DNA from: Vulcanisaeta sp. AZ3
Lineage (GTDB): Archaea; Thermoproteota; Thermoprotei; Thermoproteales; Thermocladiaceae
NCBI GenBank assembly: GCA_000960865.2
Contig: JZWU02000004.1
Span: 10,200-74,199, forward strand
DNA: 64,000 nt
Reading direction: 5' to 3'
Shown here piece by piece: positions 10,804 through 21,715 of this stretch. Each line of letters begins with the position of its first letter. The stretch's first letter is position 1. The translations under genes were made by a program, and so were the position numbers. The notes beneath the pieces are model-generated. The model did no database searches. It saw only the letters and a program-made list of their open reading frames with translations, and was not told the origin of the DNA.

Positions 10804-11142
10804 ATGTCATTACCTATACCGCCAGAGCCTGGGGATATTAAGGATAGGATCATGAAGCGAAGAAGTGCATGCACAGGTACTGGTTGTGACTCCTTTGCTG
10901 TTTGGTTTGGTAACGAGTTAGCTAAGTATCTATGGGCTCATTGGAGTAAAGAATTAAGTAGGGTTCACATTAATTGGCAGAGATTTCTGGTGATACTTGG
11001 TAATCATACTCAAGATATTATTAATTGGGCCATTAAAGGTACCCTTAATTGGGAGGATTTAGTTAAGATAATTGCAGGTGAGGCATTAACGGGCGTGAGA
11101 ATACAGGAGGAGAAGGGCGGTATACTAGATTACATTAGGTGA
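10804..11142 (+). CDS. Hypothetical protein (112 aa)
   Basis: ATG start, host-like codon usage, AT-rich promoter region upstream; no recognised motif. Confidence 0.7.
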   Translation: MSLPIPPEPGDIKDRIMKRRSACTGTGCDSFAVWFGNELAKYLWAHWSKELSRVHINWQRFLVILGNHTQDIINWAIKGTLNWEDLVKIIAGEALTGVRIQEEKGGILDYIR

Positions 11143-11197
11143 TCAATGCTTCAAGTGGCAGGATCTTAAGGAGACGCACTTAAGACTTGGTTTGGAG

Positions 11198-11557
11198 TTA
11201 TGATGAAGGAATAAGACTATTTACTTGATTTGCTTTAATATTGGCTTGTTTCTTTCGCCCTAGTATTGATTCATTCATTATCCTTATCAATATACAAATC
11301 TCTCTACAAATGTTATATGGTTCTGTGTTTGAGCGCATGTATTCGATGATCATTATTGGTGTTGCATAAGTATTAATCCAGAACTCTGCGAATAATTTCT
11401 CATCCTTGTCAACAAGGTGTACCTCCACATTACTGTCACCACTAAATCTCACCATGTACCTTGACCCACTCATGAATTGCTGTCTCTCAACCGATATAGC
11501 ATTGCAAGTCCTCATTAGTAAATCAGCCACTAAGCCGGCTATTCGCGTGCTCATCAC
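11198..11557 (-). CDS. Hypothetical protein (~118 aa)
   Basis: ORF fills the gap, TATA-like TTTAAA about 25 nt upstream; no recognised motif. Confidence 0.65.
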   Translation of the reverse strand: MMSTRIAGLVADLLMRTCNAISVERQQFMSGSRYMVRFSGDSNVEVHLVDKDEKLFAEFWINTYATPIMIIEYMRSNTEPYNICREICILIRIMNESILGRKKQANIKANQVNSLIPSS

Positions 11558-11636
11558 TGAATATGCTTAAGTCTCATTTTAAAGCATGCGTTTTAATTTA
11601 TTGGAAATTATGGATCGAGACAGAGCACTCCAATCC

Positions 11637-12188
11637 TTATTTAACCACTATGGTACTATCATCATCTTCATCATCATGAGGTTTAAATGTCATGATAATG
11701 AATCTATATAATGTCGATAGTTTATTATTCATCAAATCCTCAATTAGCTGCCAAGACATCACCAATAAGCCTGCATTGTAAAGAGCAAGCCCAAATCCTA
11801 GATAATGATCACCGGTCAATTGGTAATCAGTAATAACAAGCCCAAGGTCTGCATAATGCATTATTGATATGTATGTAAAGTACATAAGAGCTATCATGAA
11901 GAAAGTTATGTATGTAATTATAAGCGCTCTGGCCCTGAATGACATATCCCCAAAGCCGTTCCTTAATTGTTTAATCATTGTTAGTGAGGATATCACAAGC
12001 ATGGACAGCATGAACATAAACACTGGAGTAACTATCAGCACCGTTAGGTTCGCAATGCCATAAAGCCACAGCTCTATTAATACATAGTCGAGAGCCATTG
12101 CCATAGATAGGGCTGAGATTAGGGACATTATGTATATATACCTTACATAATCCTGAATACCTCCCGTATTAACCGACATACTATTCAA
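11637..12188 (-). CDS. Hypothetical membrane protein (about 4 TM helices, acidic C-terminal tail)
   Basis: Four hydrophobic stretches; DDEDDD tail. Confidence 0.7.
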   Translation of the reverse strand: MNSMSVNTGGIQDYVRYIYIMSLISALSMAMALDYVLIELWLYGIANLTVLIVTPVFMFMLSMLVISSLTMIKQLRNGFGDMSFRARALIITYITFFMIALMYFTYISIMHYADLGLVITDYQLTGDHYLGFGLALYNAGLLVMSWQLIEDLMNNKLSTLYRFIIMTFKPHDDEDDDSTIVVK

Positions 12189-12300
12189 GCAATACTCTCA
12201 TAATATTAATATTTAATGCTAACAATTAGAATTCCGAGGAATATAACGAACCCCCATAAGTGCTTATTAAGGGGTTCCTCAGAGTATGGTGGATTAGTTA

Positions 12301-15300
12301 ATGGAGAAACAACCGTTAGTGATATATAGAAAGGTCTGTCCAAACTGCGGTGGAGACATAACCTCGGATAGACTTAATTCTGGATTACCATGCCATAAAT
12401 GCTTACCTGAGAATTTAAGTAATGTTGCTGGGGTAATTGAAGTTCTTAATCTCCTTGAGAGGTTAGGTACGATTAATAGACTTAGAACATTATCAAATCT
12501 CATTCATGAGTATGAGGAATTTAGTGATATGTTCAAAAGTGCCATAGGTATGAGCATGTGGGGTGCTCAGAGGCTCTGGGCTAGGAGACTTATTAAGGGT
12601 AAAAGTTTTGCAGTGGTTGCGCCTACGGGTAGTGGGAAGACTACCTTCGGTATAATTGCGTCAATATACATGGTGGTTAGGAGGACGGGTAAGGTATTGA
12701 TAATGGTACCCACATCAACACTGGCTTACGACATCCATAGAAGGCTTGTGAATTATGCAAATAAGCTTGGCGTTAGCGTTAAAGTAGTACATGTATCCTC
12801 AATATTAAGTAAGCAGGAGCTTTCTGAAGCTATGAAGTCAGTCGAGGATGGTGATTTTGACATATTGATAATAACAAATGCCTTCTTACCGCGTCACATG
12901 GACCTCCTCAAGAGGTACAGATTCTCATTGATCTTTGTTGACGATGTCGATAGTGTATTGAGAGCCTCTAGTAGGAACATAGATAGATTATTGATACTGC
13001 TCGGTATTAGTGAGGAGACGCTACATAAGGCATTAGAGGTCGTTGAGCTAATAAAGAAGCTTAGGAGAGCAATTAGGTTTAGATTAAGTGAGGAAGAAAT
13101 CAATAGTCTTAGGAGGGATATTGAGAAATTAAGTGGTGAATTACGTAATTATATAAACAATAATAAGATAGGTATCTTAATAGCCTCAGGAGCGTTGACA
13201 AAGATAAGAAAGACCACCAGGCTCTTCCTCTTTAGGGAATTCTTGGGCTTTGAGACAGGCGGTAGGGCTGAGGGGCTTAGGAATGTTGTTGATGTTTATG
13301 TTAAACTTGATAAGTCCATAATCGATACTGCAGTTCAAATCGTGAAGAGACTTAGTGGTGGGGGTATAGTGTATGTGCCATCGGACCTTAAGGACTTAAT
13401 TAATGAGTTAGATAAGAAACTCAATGAAAGCGGTATAAAGTCAGCACCCTACTTAAGGCCCAGTAAGTCCGTGCTTAATGATTTCATTGATGGAAAAATA
13501 GACGTATTGATAGGTCTCGCCACCCCTAGGTCATCTCTAGTTAGGGGTATCGATTTACCTCAAAGGATTGCTTATGTTGTTTTCATAGGCGTCCCACGCA
13601 TGAGGTTTAGAGTTAAGCTTGACGAATTCACACCAATTAGATACCTAATGCTTCTATTCAATATCAGGAATGCCGTTCCTCAATACCTAAGGAATGATAT
13701 CGATAGAGTTGTTGCTAAACTTAAGAATTTAACAGTACTTAATCAAGAGCAAATAAATAATTTATTAAAAGCCATTAAGGAGAATAAAGAGTTAAGTGGA
13801 TTTGAAAAATATGCCGTTGATGTAATTAAGGAGGCTGTAGATCTCGTAAATAAATTATTAAGTGATAAAAATGTTAGGAAGGCCATTGAACAATCAAGCG
13901 AAGTTGGTCTTGAGTACATTAATAATGAATTATATGTAGTGGTTCCTGATGTAACAACGTATGTGCAAGGTAGTGGTAGAACCTCAAGATTCTACGTTGG
14001 CGGTGTTTCCAAGGGCCTGTCCGTACTTATTATTGATAATGAGAAAATATTCAATGGACTGACTAGAAACCTTAAGTACAGGCTTGAAGATGTGAGATTT
14101 CAAGAAATAAGTGAGGTAAACCTCGATAATTTAATAAAGAATATCAAAGAGGAAAGGGAGTTAATTAGAAATATAATGCTTGGTAAGATACCAAATCAAT
14201 TCCTGGGTAAGGATCCGTTAAGAACAGCGTTTGTAATTGTCGAATCGCCAACTAAAGCAAGGACAATAGCAAGCTTCTTCGGCGTACCCACTAGAAGGGA
14301 GGTCGGTCCTCTCATTATTTATGAGGCTGTCCTAGGTAATCTATACTTACTAATAACAGCTACAAAGGGTCATATGTGGGACTTAATGCCCTCAGTTCCA
14401 CTCGACGTAAAAGATTTCGCGCCAATCCTAGGGGCAAGTAAGTTACTTGATTATTACGGTGTTCTAAAGGTTAATGATAACTTCATCCCTATTTATAGCA
14501 CAATAAAAAGATGCCCCGTTGGGGGTGAAACCTACACGGAAGATTCTGATGTATGTAAGATACATGATGTTAAGCTCGTAGATGTCATGGAAGTAGTCAA
14601 TGCAATAAGAGATGTGGCCACAGAGGTTGATCAAGTAATGATCGGCACAGATCCTGACTCAGAGGGAGAAAAGATCGCATGGGATGTTTACATGATTCTC
14701 AGACCTTACGTAAGTAACATATATAGGATTGAGTTCCATGAGGTAACCAAGAAGGCAATAATAGATGCAATAACAAATCCAAGAGGAATAAACACAAATA
14801 TGGTCAATGCCCAATTGATAAGAAGAATTGAGGACAGGTGGATTGGCTTCGGACTAAGCCAGAAGGTCCAAGAAGAGTTTCACAGGAAGAACCTATCGGC
14901 CGGTAGAGTACAGACACCAGTACTTGGCTGGATAATAGATAGGTTTGATGTGAGTAGAAAAGACAAGGTTTACACTGTGACCCTAACTCTCAATAACAAC
15001 ATTAAGGTAAGGTTAAGTATACCCCCTGAGAAGGAGGACTTAATAAAGGTCTTGAGAGCACTCCATAGGAATAAGCCCGTTGAACCTACAATAAAGGTCA
15101 AGGTCAACAAGATTAGTGAAGAGAAAGGAATTGAGTTAAATCCACCACCTCCATACACAACAGATGCCTTACTCAGAGATGCCGCAAACATCCTTGGGCT
15201 AAGCGTTGAGAGAACAATGGCAATAGCCCAGGAACTCTTCGAATCAGGGTTAATAACATACCATAGGACCGATAGTACAAGAGTATCAACCGTCGGCATC

Positions 15301-16101
15301 GGTATAGCCAAGGAATATATTAGTGAGAGAATTGGTGGAGATTATTTCGTGGGCAGATCGTGGAGCGGTGAAGAGCTTGGTGCACATGAGTGCATAAGAC
15401 CAACAAGACCTATAGACTCTGATGATTTAAGGAACCTATTGAACACAGGGCTTCTCCAATTAGCTATTAGAGTTACTCCAAACCACCTTAGAGTCTACGA
15501 CCTAATCTTCAGGAGGTTCATCGCAAGCCAAATGAAGAGTGCCAAGGTTACAAAAGAGAGATTTAAATTAAGCATTTACTTAAATAATGAAGAGGTTCAT
15601 TCTGAGGAGTTTGAAAGAATAAGTAAGATCGATGAGCCTGGATTTACTAGGGTTTGGAGTTACCCTGAGGGTAGGGTGTCTCAAGAGCTTAACCTCGATA
15701 GGGGTGAGTATGAGATAATTAATGTTGATTATATTAAGAAGGTAAGCAGGACACAACCACTTAGGGAGGGTGATATAATAGATTTAATGAGGAACAGGGG
15801 AATAGGTAGGCCGAGTACTTACGCCAAAATAATTGACGTAATCTTAAAAAGGCACTATGCAATTGTTGTTGGTAAGAGGGCTAGGTTCGTTGTACCAACA
15901 ACCCTCGGCCGTCAAGTCTATGATTATTTAACGAAGAAGAATAGTAAATTCAGTGATTTAGTTAGTGAAGAGAGGACTAGAATGGTTGAGAATTACATGG
16001 ACGACATTGAAAATGGCAAAAGAGAATACGCAGATGTACTTAATGAACTATTTGATGAGGCAGTAAGCAAGGGAGTATTGAGAGGGAATGTTATTGATTG
16101 A
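12301..16101 (+). CDS. rgy: Reverse gyrase
   Basis: N-terminal CPNCGG zinc finger, APTGSGKT, DDVD, QGSGRTSR, VESPTKA, DPDSEGE, SAGRVQTP, catalytic ITYHRTDS. Confidence 0.98.
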   Translation: MEKQPLVIYRKVCPNCGGDITSDRLNSGLPCHKCLPENLSNVAGVIEVLNLLERLGTINRLRTLSNLIHEYEEFSDMFKSAIGMSMWGAQRLWARRLIKGKSFAVVAPTGSGKTTFGIIASIYMVVRRTGKVLIMVPTSTLAYDIHRRLVNYANKLGVSVKVVHVSSILSKQELSEAMKSVEDGDFDILIITNAFLPRHMDLLKRYRFSLIFVDDVDSVLRASSRNIDRLLILLGISEETLHKALEVVELIKKLRRAIRFRLSEEEINSLRRDIEKLSGELRNYINNNKIGILIASGALTKIRKTTRLFLFREFLGFETGGRAEGLRNVVDVYVKLDKSIIDTAVQIVKRLSGGGIVYVPSDLKDLINELDKKLNESGIKSAPYLRPSKSVLNDFIDGKIDVLIGLATPRSSLVRGIDLPQRIAYVVFIGVPRMRFRVKLDEFTPIRYLMLLFNIRNAVPQYLRNDIDRVVAKLKNLTVLNQEQINNLLKAIKENKELSGFEKYAVDVIKEAVDLVNKLLSDKNVRKAIEQSSEVGLEYINNELYVVVPDVTTYVQGSGRTSRFYVGGVSKGLSVLIIDNEKIFNGLTRNLKYRLEDVRFQEISEVNLDNLIKNIKEERELIRNIMLGKIPNQFLGKDPLRTAFVIVESPTKARTIASFFGVPTRREVGPLIIYEAVLGNLYLLITATKGHMWDLMPSVPLDVKDFAPILGASKLLDYYGVLKVNDNFIPIYSTIKRCPVGGETYTEDSDVCKIHDVKLVDVMEVVNAIRDVATEVDQVMIGTDPDSEGEKIAWDVYMILRPYVSNIYRIEFHEVTKKAIIDAITNPRGINTNMVNAQLIRRIEDRWIGFGLSQKVQEEFHRKNLSAGRVQTPVLGWIIDRFDVSRKDKVYTVTLTLNNNIKVRLSIPPEKEDLIKVLRALHRNKPVEPTIKVKVNKISEEKGIELNPPPPYTTDALLRDAANILGLSVERTMAIAQELFESGLITYHRTDSTRVSTVGIGIAKEYISERIGGDYFVGRSWSGEELGAHECIRPTRPIDSDDLRNLLNTGLLQLAIRVTPNHLRVYDLIFRRFIASQMKSAKVTKERFKLSIYLNNEEVHSEEFERISKIDEPGFTRVWSYPEGRVSQELNLDRGEYEIINVDYIKKVSRTQPLREGDIIDLMRNRGIGRPSTYAKIIDVILKRHYAIVVGKRARFVVPTTLGRQVYDYLTKKNSKFSDLVSEERTRMVENYMDDIENGKREYADVLNELFDEAVSKGVLRGNVID

Positions 16102-16118
16102 AAAACCACAGACTAGTT

Positions 16119-18802
16119 TTATCCACAAGAGCCTGTTTTGCAATACGGATCATCTGTCTCTCCAAGCTCCTCTCTCATTTCCTCCTCAATACTACCTGAA
16201 CCATCACCCTTAATCCTGACCAACTTGTCCTTAAGTGATGATAGGGATGTATAGCTGGCCTTCGCCTCAATCTCAATCCTTGGTTTTGTCTCGATCTTGG
16301 CTTTTATTTCAGTCTCAGCGCTCTTAATGCCTGTGTATATTACTTGGGCTGACTTGCTCCTATCTCTATATACAGTAATTCCGAAGGCATTTAGGAGCCA
16401 AGCTAACCTATATGCCTGCTCCACATCCTCTATAGGCGTCTCACTGGGCATGTTTATTGTCTTACTAACACCAGAATCATTCCACCTAGCCCAGGTGACT
16501 TGCATGTAGATGTGCCACTTCCAATGTACCTCATGGGCAGTCCTCAATAGATTATTCAATGGGTGGTCTTTGGGTAATACGCCGTATTCCTCAACGAATT
16601 TCCTGGTCCTCTCATCAAGTGTCTTCGTGCTCATTAGTAGCTTGAGAGCCGTATAGTTATACTCAATGAGTTTGCCAATGCTTAAGTTCCTAATGTAGGC
16701 AATGGCGAATAGGGGTTCTATGCTTGAGTTCACACCTGCAATGAGGCTTCTCGAACCCTCTGGTGCAATGCTCATTATTGAGCCATTCCTAATGCCAATA
16801 GTGCTCACGTCTATTGATAAATCCTCATCAGTGGCATCATAACCCTTAAGCACTGCTGTGTAGCCCCTCATTATTGACTTAACAGTCTCATCCTCATAAC
16901 CAATCCTCAATGTATTTAAGTACTCATTAACTGCCTCCTCATCTATTGAACTCGAGAACCTCTCAAGTCTCTCCCTATGCTTTGTCCAGGGTAGTACACC
17001 ATCAGCCCAATCACCATGCTTATACGCCGGGTAAGCACCCTTCTCCCTAGCCAATTCAATACTTGCCCTAACAGCAAACCTAGCCATAAAACTAGCCAGG
17101 GCATCCGACACAGCCAAGGCCTGGGGTGAATCATACCTAAGACCCAGGGCTATCAAGGCATCAGCCAAGCCATTAGCCCCAAGCCCAATCCTCCTAGTCT
17201 CTAAAACCCTCTTCTTAAGTCTCTCGTGAGGTAACTTATTCACATCAATAACATCATCCAAAAACCTAACCGCCAAACCCACATCCCTAGCTAACCCCTC
17301 CCAATCAATACTGCCACTCACCACGTATTTAGCCAAGTTAATACTGCCTAGGTTACAACTCTCAAAGTCATACAGTGACTCCTCTGAGCATGGGTTTGTG
17401 GCATTAATAACCTCGCCAGGTAACTTCTCATTATTAATGAAGTTAGCTAAATCCCTATTCCAAAGACCTGGATCTCCACTATCCCAAGCGGACTTAACTA
17501 TTTTGTCCCAGAGCTCCCTTGCATTGACTTTCTTCCATATCCTAACCTTCCCAGCCCTTATTGCCTCTACGCATGACTCATAGCACTTAACGAAGTCCTC
17601 ACCCCACGTCTTGTAGAGGCATGGGCACTCCCTTGGGCTAATTAAATAAACATCCTCACTCTTAAGAGCCTTCTGCATGAAGTAGTCGTCGATAGTTACG
17701 GATATGTTGAAGTTCTGAAGCTGCGTATCCTTTAAACCACCACTCTTTGATGTTATGAACTTCTCAATATCTGGATGCCACCAGAAGAGCATACCCATTT
17801 GGGCACCGCGTCTCTTACCGCCCTGCTTAATAGTGTCGACCAATGTGTCGAAGAGGCGCATGAAGCTTAGAGGACCACTGGCAATGCCAGTGGTTGACCT
17901 AACAATGTCTCCCTCAGGTCTCAATTTACCAAAGTTATAACCAACACCACCACCAGACTGGAATATCAAGGCGGCAAGTCTCAAGGCATCCATTATGCCG
18001 AAGTTACACTCCGCATCCTCCCTATTTGTATCGCTATCCCTAGATAGACAATCATCAACGGGTATTACGAAGCATGCAGATAACTGGCCAAGCCTAGTAA
18101 ATGCATTATATAACGTTGGCGAATTAGGCATGAACTTAAGCTGACTAATTAGGTCGTAGAATCTCCTTGCCCAAGTTATTGGATCACCACCATACCTAAG
18201 CTCCGCATAAGCAACACCCATTGCAGTCCTCATCCATAAGTATTGAGGCGCCTCGAAAAAGAACCATCAATCCTTTTCAGGAGGTACCTACTCATTAGCG
18301 TCCTGACACCATTGTACGTTAGAAGCTCATCCCTACTGGGGTCTAGATAGCTAGCCAACTCATCAATGTGATCTCCAAACCAAGCAGCCATCTCAGGATC
18401 CCAAATTCTCAGTTCAAGCCCTGTCCTAAACCAATCCTTGAAACCATCACGGTAGGCACCCTCAAATTTCAACTTACTTTCATCAATAGCCTTAATAATG
18501 CTCTTACCCCAAACCTGCTTATACACGCTCCAAAGTAAGTAATTCCTAGCAGCATAATGCCAACTCAAATCTTCAGTGACCATGTTAAGCATGATCAACT
18601 GAACCCTATCAAACAACTCCACGGACGAAATAACACCACTAATATCTAAGGCATTAAGTACAGCACTTGGGTCAGGAGCCCTAGCAAGCTTCAAAGTAGT
18701 GAGTAGTTTATTTTCGTCGAAACTCTCCACAACACCATTCCTCTTCAACACTTCTGCTTTAACCATTTCTCTAACTCCTTCAGTACTTAATTGCACGCCC
18801 AA
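16119..18802 (-). CDS. nrdJ: Class II (B12-dependent) ribonucleotide reductase with N-terminal ATP-cone, split into two ORFs (18230-18802 and 16119-18233) by a -1 frameshift at 18256-18260
   Basis: VLKRNG ATP-cone; PNSPTLYNA, QLSACF, RRGA, TNPCSEE, CNLGSINL, C-terminal CKTGSC. Adding one T to the T5 run restores …DGSFFEAPQYLWMRTAMG. Confidence 0.92.
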
Positions 18803-19192
18803 AATATAAATTACTTTTATTAGGAGGTAAGAGACAAAATAAAAGAAAATGATTGAAGGAGAAAGACATATATATTACATTCATTCAACTCTAGGGATGT
18901 CTTAAGGTTCCATGTAAAAGGCTTTGTTTCCTATTGTCACGATTGACTAAACAGTAGTTGGGTAATTTTTCAAGAGTGGTAATATTAAATCTACATAACT
19001 AATCGTTAATTCACTACTTTGTATCATTGATTTCTAATTCTTACTAAGGAGTTATTAAATGATTTATAATTAATGCAGCAATTGGTTTGCTTATTTTTCG
19101 TATTATTTAATCTAAGCTAGTCCATGGTTGATCTACTTAGAATTAATAACACTAATAAAGAAGATTAAAACGCGTGTATTTGGTATAGGCAT

Positions 19193-20341
19193 ATGACGAT
19201 TGAGATTATAAAGCCTGATTATAATGGTTATAGCATTCAAAATTTAGCTAACACGCTACTTTCGAATTTCGGTATTGCCGTGAGGGGTCCTAGGTTGAGA
19301 TACGACTTGGATCTAGATAGGCGTGTAGTATTGATATTAATTGATGGCGTTAGTTATCAGGACTTAATCAATGTGTTTGGAGATTCACTTAGGGTTAGTA
19401 AGTTGTATAGGTTGTCTACGGTATTCCCTACAACAACATCAACGGTATTAACGACCTTATTTACGGGATTAAGCCCTGGAACCCATGGAGTCTTGGGACC
19501 TAACCTATACCTTAAGGAGTTAGGTGCTATAATTAATACCCTGAACATGGGGCCTGTAATTGGTGAAAGGGATGGTTTGTATAGGTCAGGTTATGATTTG
19601 AAGGAGTTATTCCCGATAAAATCTACGATATTTGAAGAATTAAGTGCAATGGGTATTAGGGGTAGAGTTTACGTGCCAAGGGGTATATCGGGTGGGTTGT
19701 CTAGGTTGACTTATGCGGGGGCTGAGGTTGTGGAGTACGCTACATATTATGATGCTATTGTGAATGCGGGTAAGTTTCTTAATGACTATAAAGAGGTGTT
19801 TGTGCATATATACATAACTACTGTGGACTCGGCTTCGCATAAGTATGGGCCGAATTCTGAGGAGAGTAGGGTTGTTTTAAGGGAGACTGTAGATTCCGTG
19901 ATTCGTCTTACCAGGAATTACCTTAAGGAATCAAGTGTTATTATAACTGCTGATCATGGTCATGATGAGGTATTGAGGAATGTGAAGGCTAATGATTTAT
20001 TAAACCTGCTCGATCTGCTTACTGTACCTCCATATGGTGATGCTAGGGCAATATACTATAGGCTTAATAATGGTGTTGATATTGCTGACTTGAGGTCGTT
20101 ATTGAATAAGAATAATATTAGTGGGGTTATGCTGAGCAAGGGAGAGGCGGTAAGTATGGAGCTGTTTGGTGAGATTGATGGTGGAGTTATTGATAGAGTT
20201 GGAGATGCCGTGTTCATACCAAGTAGTGGTTCGTCCTTAATATATCTCTATAGACCTGATAATGAGGAGGTGTTGATGTTAAAAGGCCAGCATGGTGGGT
20301 TAACAGAGAGGGAGTTATACGTACCATTAATACAGCCTTAA
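19193..20341 (+). CDS. Alkaline phosphatase superfamily / nucleotide pyrophosphatase-like protein
   Basis: LILIDG, STVFPTTT, VDSASH, TADHGH, GQHGG metal ligands. Confidence 0.88.
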   Translation: MTIEIIKPDYNGYSIQNLANTLLSNFGIAVRGPRLRYDLDLDRRVVLILIDGVSYQDLINVFGDSLRVSKLYRLSTVFPTTTSTVLTTLFTGLSPGTHGVLGPNLYLKELGAIINTLNMGPVIGERDGLYRSGYDLKELFPIKSTIFEELSAMGIRGRVYVPRGISGGLSRLTYAGAEVVEYATYYDAIVNAGKFLNDYKEVFVHIYITTVDSASHKYGPNSEESRVVLRETVDSVIRLTRNYLKESSVIITADHGHDEVLRNVKANDLLNLLDLLTVPPYGDARAIYYRLNNGVDIADLRSLLNKNNISGVMLSKGEAVSMELFGEIDGGVIDRVGDAVFIPSSGSSLIYLYRPDNEEVLMLKGQHGGLTERELYVPLIQP

Positions 20342-21672
20342 CCACCAACAAGTCTATCTAATCTTCTCCTAGACTTCTTTATTTGATTGACCATTCTCTT
20401 CATTAGTTGATAATAATTCAGTAGCTCCTTAACGTCTTTAGGCGATACACCGGCACCCTTAGCTATTCTCCTAATCCTCGATGCATTTATCGTCTCAGGG
20501 TTAAGCAGTTCCTCTTTCGTCATTGAGTTAAGTATGTTTCTCCATCTCCTAAGCATCTCCTGGGCGTTACTCATTCTCTCATCATCAAGCATTAATGCCC
20601 TATACTGGGTTGGTAGTAGGCTTGTTGGTAGTAGTTCCATGATTTTGCTCAGTGGTCCAAGTTTTAGCATGGAATCTAATTGTTTCTTTAGGGTTAATAG
20701 GTTCATTTTACCTTCCTCAATTTCCTCCATAACCTTATTCTCCTCCTCAATGGCCTTGATTCTTTCAATGAGCGTTTCAAGGTCGCCCATACCAAGCATC
20801 CTAGATACGAATTTATCGGCATTGAAGACCTCAACCTCATCAATGCCCTCACCAACACCAATGAACTTAATCTTAGCACCACTCTTAATGACTGAGGTCA
20901 ATGCACCACCAGCCTTAGCAGTACTATCCATCTTCGTCAAAAATACACTATTTATGGGTACGTACTTCATGAAGGCTTCAGTCTGGGCGGCTGCTTGCCT
21001 ACCTATGGTTGCATCAATGACTAACATAACCTCATCAGGCTTGGACTCCTCATAAATTGCCCTGGCCTCTCTCAATAACTCTTCCTCATTCCTATGCCTA
21101 CCTGCCGTATCAATTATTATCAAGTCAACCTTATTTCTCTGCATGTATTCAAGCCCGTGTCTCAATATTGTAAGTGAGTCCTTAGAATTCTCCTCACCAT
21201 AGAACATAGCATTAACTTTCTCAGCTAACTGTTTAAGCTGGTAGTAGGCACCTGGCCTGTATGTGTCAGTCTCAATGAGCCCAACCTTTAGGTTTCTTCT
21301 CATGTAGAACCAAGCCAATTTAGCAGCTGTCGTTGTCTTTCCACTACCCTCAACGCCAATTAACATTAGTCTATACGGCTTCTTAGTAATATTAACATCA
21401 AGTCCTCCCTCACCGCCCAAGGCTTTAATCAATTCTTGATAGAGTAGGTATATGAGGAATTCCTTCGAGGTTATTCCCTCTGGGGGTTTCTCCTGCCTAA
21501 ATCTTTCTTCAATTGACTTAGTTATTGATGAAACAGCATCAGCACTTACATCAGCCCTTAATAATACTCTTTGAACTTCCCTTAAAATCTCCCTTAGCGT
21601 TGTCTCATCTATGTAATTAATTCCCCTAATCCTAGCAACTAAGTTGGTGAATGCCTCAATTAACGGTTTCAC
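20338..21672 (-). CDS. ffh: Signal recognition particle 54 kDa protein
   Basis: GVEGSGKTTT, DTYRPGA, DTAGR, TKMD, GGAL, M-domain SRIRRIAKGAG. Confidence 0.95.
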   Translation of the reverse strand: MKPLIEAFTNLVARIRGINYIDETTLREILREVQRVLLRADVSADAVSSITKSIEERFRQEKPPEGITSKEFLIYLLYQELIKALGGEGGLDVNITKKPYRLMLIGVEGSGKTTTAAKLAWFYMRRNLKVGLIETDTYRPGAYYQLKQLAEKVNAMFYGEENSKDSLTILRHGLEYMQRNKVDLIIIDTAGRHRNEEELLREARAIYEESKPDEVMLVIDATIGRQAAAQTEAFMKYVPINSVFLTKMDSTAKAGGALTSVIKSGAKIKFIGVGEGIDEVEVFNADKFVSRMLGMGDLETLIERIKAIEEENKVMEEIEEGKMNLLTLKKQLDSMLKLGPLSKIMELLPTSLLPTQYRALMLDDERMSNAQEMLRRWRNILNSMTKEELLNPETINASRIRRIAKGAGVSPKDVKELLNYYQLMKRMVNQIKKSRRRLDRLVGG

Positions 21673-21715
21673 GGTAACCTAATTTTTCCTTCGGCTTAGC
21701 CTTAAATAGTTATTG

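Noticed and set aside
11164-11185. TCTTAAG-N8-CTTAAGA inverted repeat between convergent genes
   Set aside because: Short AT-rich stem built on a very common word in this genome; cannot be told from chance.
12301-18802. Inteins in reverse gyrase or ribonucleotide reductase
   Set aside because: Lengths are normal and no intein terminal or LAGLIDADG motifs were seen.
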